64,000 bases of DNA from Limisphaerales bacterium (GTDB lineage Bacteria; Verrucomicrobiota; Verrucomicrobiia; Limisphaerales; JAJOIW01). The notes under the pieces were generated by a model. That model made no database searches and was not told where the DNA came from. It worked only from the letters and a program-made list of their open reading frames with translations. A program made the translations under genes and the position numbers. Below, one piece after another: positions 60,956 to 64,000 of this stretch. The DNA lies in contig CBFHOE010000002.1 in NCBI GenBank assembly GCA_965657355.1, positions 504,785-568,784 on the forward strand, given 5' to 3'. Positions within the stretch are counted from its first letter, which is position 1. The number at the start of each line of letters is the position of its first letter.

Positions 60956-63067
60956 TTAACTTAATCCCAAAAGTTTTCCGCCCTGGAAAACAGCTAATGA
61001 CATAAGATACGCAGTCAATGTCATATATATCAGTTGAAAAACAGGCCATTTCCATCCGCCTGTCTCTTTCTTTACAACGGCTATAGTGCTTATGCATTGC
61101 ATAGCAAAAATATAAAATACCATTAAACTGACGCATACAAGAGGCGTAAATACAGGTTCCCCATCTTTCGTCTTCTCTTGTGCTAATCTATCTCTTAACC
61201 TTTTTCTCGTCTGGTCATCATCCCCGGCCTCTTCCACAGAATAAATAATTGCCATTGTGGATACAAAAACTTCTCTTGCAGCAAAGCTTGTCAAAACGCC
61301 AATACCAATCTTCCAATCATACCCGAGAGGAGCGACAACGGGTTCCATAATCTTACCCACTCTTCCTGCAAAAGAATATTCAAGCTTTTGAGATTCGGTT
61401 ATTTGACCTCCTTCAACACTTTTATCCGACGGAATCTTGGGATACGTGACAGCCGCCCACAGAAGAATTGAAAGGCCTAAAATAATTGTTCCAGCTCGCT
61501 TGATAAAAACCCACGACTTCTCCCATAAATATTGAAAAATAGAATTCCATCGAGGCATACGGTAAGAAGGCAGTTCGAGGACCATTGGTGAGGGAACACC
61601 ACCAGCAAAAACTTTTCTAAACAACAAAGCAAAAAGAAAGGCCCCTAATGTCCCAGTGATATACAAGCCCAACAATATTTGAATTTTTAACCAAACAGAC
61701 ATCCTGTCTTCTGGGACAAGCATGGCAATCATGATGAGGTAAACTGGTAGCCGCGCTGAACAACTTGCTAATGGAACAATTAATATGGTTATCAGTCGGT
61801 CCTTAGGATTTTCTATTGTTCTTGCGGCCATAACTCCCGGCACTGCGCATGCATAGGAACTTAGTAAAGGAACGAAGGACTTTCCGTTCAATCCAACTTT
61901 AGACATCACTCGGTCCATCATAAATGCCACGCGCGCCATGTAACCGGTCTCCTCCATTAAGCAAATAAAGAAAAACAATATAATAATCTGAGGAAGAAAA
62001 ATGATAACGCCCTCAATGCCAGGAAAAACACCATCAATGATAAGGTCTCGTAAATCACCGTCCTTCAAACCATTCTCAGCCCAACCACTAGCAGCTCCGA
62101 CTACAGCTTCCACCCATCCCATCGGAACTTGAGCAAAACTGAAAATCAAAAAGAATATCCCTACTAAAATTGAGATTAATATGCCCCATCCCAAAATAGG
62201 GTGCAGCAACCATGCATCTAAAGCATCTGTTAAATCACGCTTCCCAGATGGACTTTTAACAGAACCAATACTATCCCGAACAAGCTCATCAATCACATTG
62301 TAGCGATTTGCAATAAGCTGATCTTCCCAACCATCGGTTTTTTCAGTGAGACAAGTCTTGAGTGATTCAATAAAAGAAACCTGATCACCAGATAACCCAA
62401 AATGCTCAGGGTCGTGATTTATGGCGAGGTATAAAAGTCTAAGTAGATCATTATTGCCCACACATATTCCCAATCGCTTGGCGGACTCCATGTTATCTCG
62501 TAACACATTCTCAACCGTCTCGGGAACAGGAGATATTTTTATTTTTGAAACCCATTCCGACTTATCAATTTGACTGATTGCAGTTTTTAATTCTGTAAGA
62601 CCCTCTTTCTTTATTGCTGACATCGCAATAACCGGAACCCCCAGTTTTTCAGCAAGCAATTTTGTCTTGATTTGCTTTTCCTTCGCTTGCTGTAAGTCCA
62701 TCATATTGAGGACGAGTACACAAGGTATGTTCAATTCGATTACCTGTGTCGCCAAATATAGGTGGCGATCTAAATTGGAAGCATCTGCAACAATAATGAG
62801 GAGATCCGGATGATCTAGCTTTTCTTCCAGCCCCATTAATGATTCTCGAGTAACAGCCTCATCAGGCGAACGAGAGCTCAGACTGTAGGCTCCAGGTAAA
62901 TCAACTAAATTGTATTTCTCGCCGTGAAGACCCCGAAAGGATCCAGCTTTTCGCTCAACAGTTATCCCCGGATAATTACCCACCTTTTGGCGCAATCCTG
63001 TGAGTGCATTGAACAGCGTGGTTTTACCAGCGTTTGGGTTCCCAACCAGGGCAATTGTCTTCATCAT
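60956..63067 (-). CDS. feoB: Ferrous iron transporter FeoB
   Basis: GNPNAGKT, VGNYPGITVE, DLPG, NMMD, EETGYMAR and CSARLP. Confidence 0.98.
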   Translation of the reverse strand: MMKTIALVGNPNAGKTTLFNALTGLRQKVGNYPGITVERKAGSFRGLHGEKYNLVDLPGAYSLSSRSPDEAVTRESLMGLEEKLDHPDLLIIVADASNLDRHLYLATQVIELNIPCVLVLNMMDLQQAKEKQIKTKLLAEKLGVPVIAMSAIKKEGLTELKTAISQIDKSEWVSKIKISPVPETVENVLRDNMESAKRLGICVGNNDLLRLLYLAINHDPEHFGLSGDQVSFIESLKTCLTEKTDGWEDQLIANRYNVIDELVRDSIGSVKSPSGKRDLTDALDAWLLHPILGWGILISILVGIFFLIFSFAQVPMGWVEAVVGAASGWAENGLKDGDLRDLIIDGVFPGIEGVIIFLPQIIILFFFICLMEETGYMARVAFMMDRVMSKVGLNGKSFVPLLSSYACAVPGVMAARTIENPKDRLITILIVPLASCSARLPVYLIMIAMLVPEDRMSVWLKIQILLGLYITGTLGAFLFALLFRKVFAGGVPSPMVLELPSYRMPRWNSIFQYLWEKSWVFIKRAGTIILGLSILLWAAVTYPKIPSDKSVEGGQITESQKLEYSFAGRVGKIMEPVVAPLGYDWKIGIGVLTSFAAREVFVSTMAIIYSVEEAGDDDQTRKRLRDRLAQEKTKDGEPVFTPLVCVSLMVFYIFAMQCISTIAVVKKETGGWKWPVFQLIYMTLTAYLMSLAVFQGGKLLGLS

Positions 63068-63086
63068 TTATTTGGTAAAGAAGATA

Positions 63087-63326
63087 CTATGAATCGACAG
63101 TTACCCTAATTTTTTTCGCATCCGACTGTCGAATCGAAAAACGCCCGAATTTTGTATCCAACTCTACAGGCCCACCTAAGGCACTACCTCTTACGATGAC
63201 GACCTTGGAATTTGGCATAATACCCAGCTCTTTAAGCCTGATGAGATTAGAATCTCCGGTGGGCATTGAGACCACGCTCGCGCTCATACCAATAGCCAAA
63301 TCGGCCAAAGACATTTCCTCATTCAT
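63087..63326 (-). CDS. feoA: FeoA family protein
   Basis: RLKELGI, ALGGPV and SIRQSDA, directly upstream of feoB. Confidence 0.88.
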   Translation of the reverse strand: MNEEMSLADLAIGMSASVVSMPTGDSNLIRLKELGIMPNSKVVIVRGSALGGPVELDTKFGRFSIRQSDAKKIRVTVDS

Positions 63327-63369
63327 TGCTTTTATGTTTCTTTGGGTTTGGGGCTGTGTCGTTGTTTGT

Positions 63370-63663
63370 TCACGAAATTGAGCGAGAGACCATTACATTT
63401 CTAGCCAGACTCGAACTGAGACCAACACGACTGCCAAAAACTTGGCATACAACTGCTCCATTGCGACTTAGAACCTGAATCTCGGTATCCTCAGTAAATC
63501 CCATCTCACGCAATTTCTGGCAGTTATTGGCATTCCCGCAAAGCTGGCAGATCTTAAAGCGTCCGCCACAAGGTGCTTGATGCAGATTTAGAACATCTCC
63601 AACACGCCCAAGGGTTTTACCCCCCGCTTGTTTGCTAAATAGACCTGAGATCTGCCTGAACAT
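63370..63663 (-). CDS. feoA: Second FeoA family protein (Cys-rich)
   Basis: KLREMGF and GSRVGLSSSLA. Confidence 0.85.
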   Translation of the reverse strand: MFRQISGLFSKQAGGKTLGRVGDVLNLHQAPCGGRFKICQLCGNANNCQKLREMGFTEDTEIQVLSRNGAVVCQVFGSRVGLSSSLARNVMVSRSIS

Positions 63664-63767
63664 TCTTAATTTTTTATTATTTTTGTGGAATCACGTCTCC
63701 CGACTTATTGCTATATCTTATCGTTCTTTTGCTATCCACCGATAAAGGAGCCTCAGTTTTAACATTA

Positions 63768-63787
63768 ATAATGGTGTAATCCATTAT
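63768..63787. promoter_or_regulatory. Inverted repeat upstream of the feo operon (candidate metal-regulator operator)
   Basis: ATAATGG-N6-CCATTAT. Confidence 0.35.
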
Positions 63788-64000
63788 CTTGAACCTACTT
63801 TTTAGGTGAAAAGAGCGGTTTTTACAGATATTTTGGTCATTTATTATAGGGATTCTTGTCTTGGTAATCCAGTGGGGTTAGGGTTTTTAGTAAACAAAAA
63901 CACCTATGATTCGGAAATCCTTTACAAAAAATACCGCTTCTTTCTGTCATTTTTTGGCTATCACTTTTCTCCTCATTTCGGTTTTTGCTCTCCAGGCTGA

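Noticed and set aside
63806..64000. 64-aa ORF at the window end
   Set aside because: AT-rich, with no motif or ribosome-binding site. It is more likely regulatory DNA upstream of feo.

Overview
This is AT-rich (about 40% GC by eye) bacterial chromosomal DNA, most likely from a free-living member of the Verrucomicrobiota. That assignment is inferred from the DUF1553/DUF1501 pair, the dnaK-groES-groEL order, a Cys-type sulfatase and an acidic PA14/LamG surface protein. Housekeeping blocks include yicC-gmk-coaC, dnaK-groES-groEL, HIT-phoH-ybeY-recO, rlmI-tilS-ftsH, cysE-tatD, metX and feoA-feoA-feoB. Motility genes comprise a stand-alone fliW-csrA-flagellin unit behind a sigma-54 promoter and a complete che operon led by an HDOD-CheX fusion. 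The main leads are: (1) a coaB / DinB / DedA-ATP-grasp / NRDE cassette resembling an amide ligase plus hydrolase system; (2) an unannotated structured RNA candidate of about 165 nt between convergent genes at 12274-12438; (3) an extracellular PA14-Ig-LamG protein of about 1660 aa, split by a +1 frameshift and ending in a candidate C-terminal sorting domain; (4) an apparently sigma-54-driven chaperone operon with upstream repeats and a structured intergenic region. I recognised no rRNA, tRNA, CRISPR array or mobile element. All calls come from reading motifs by eye, with no database searches.
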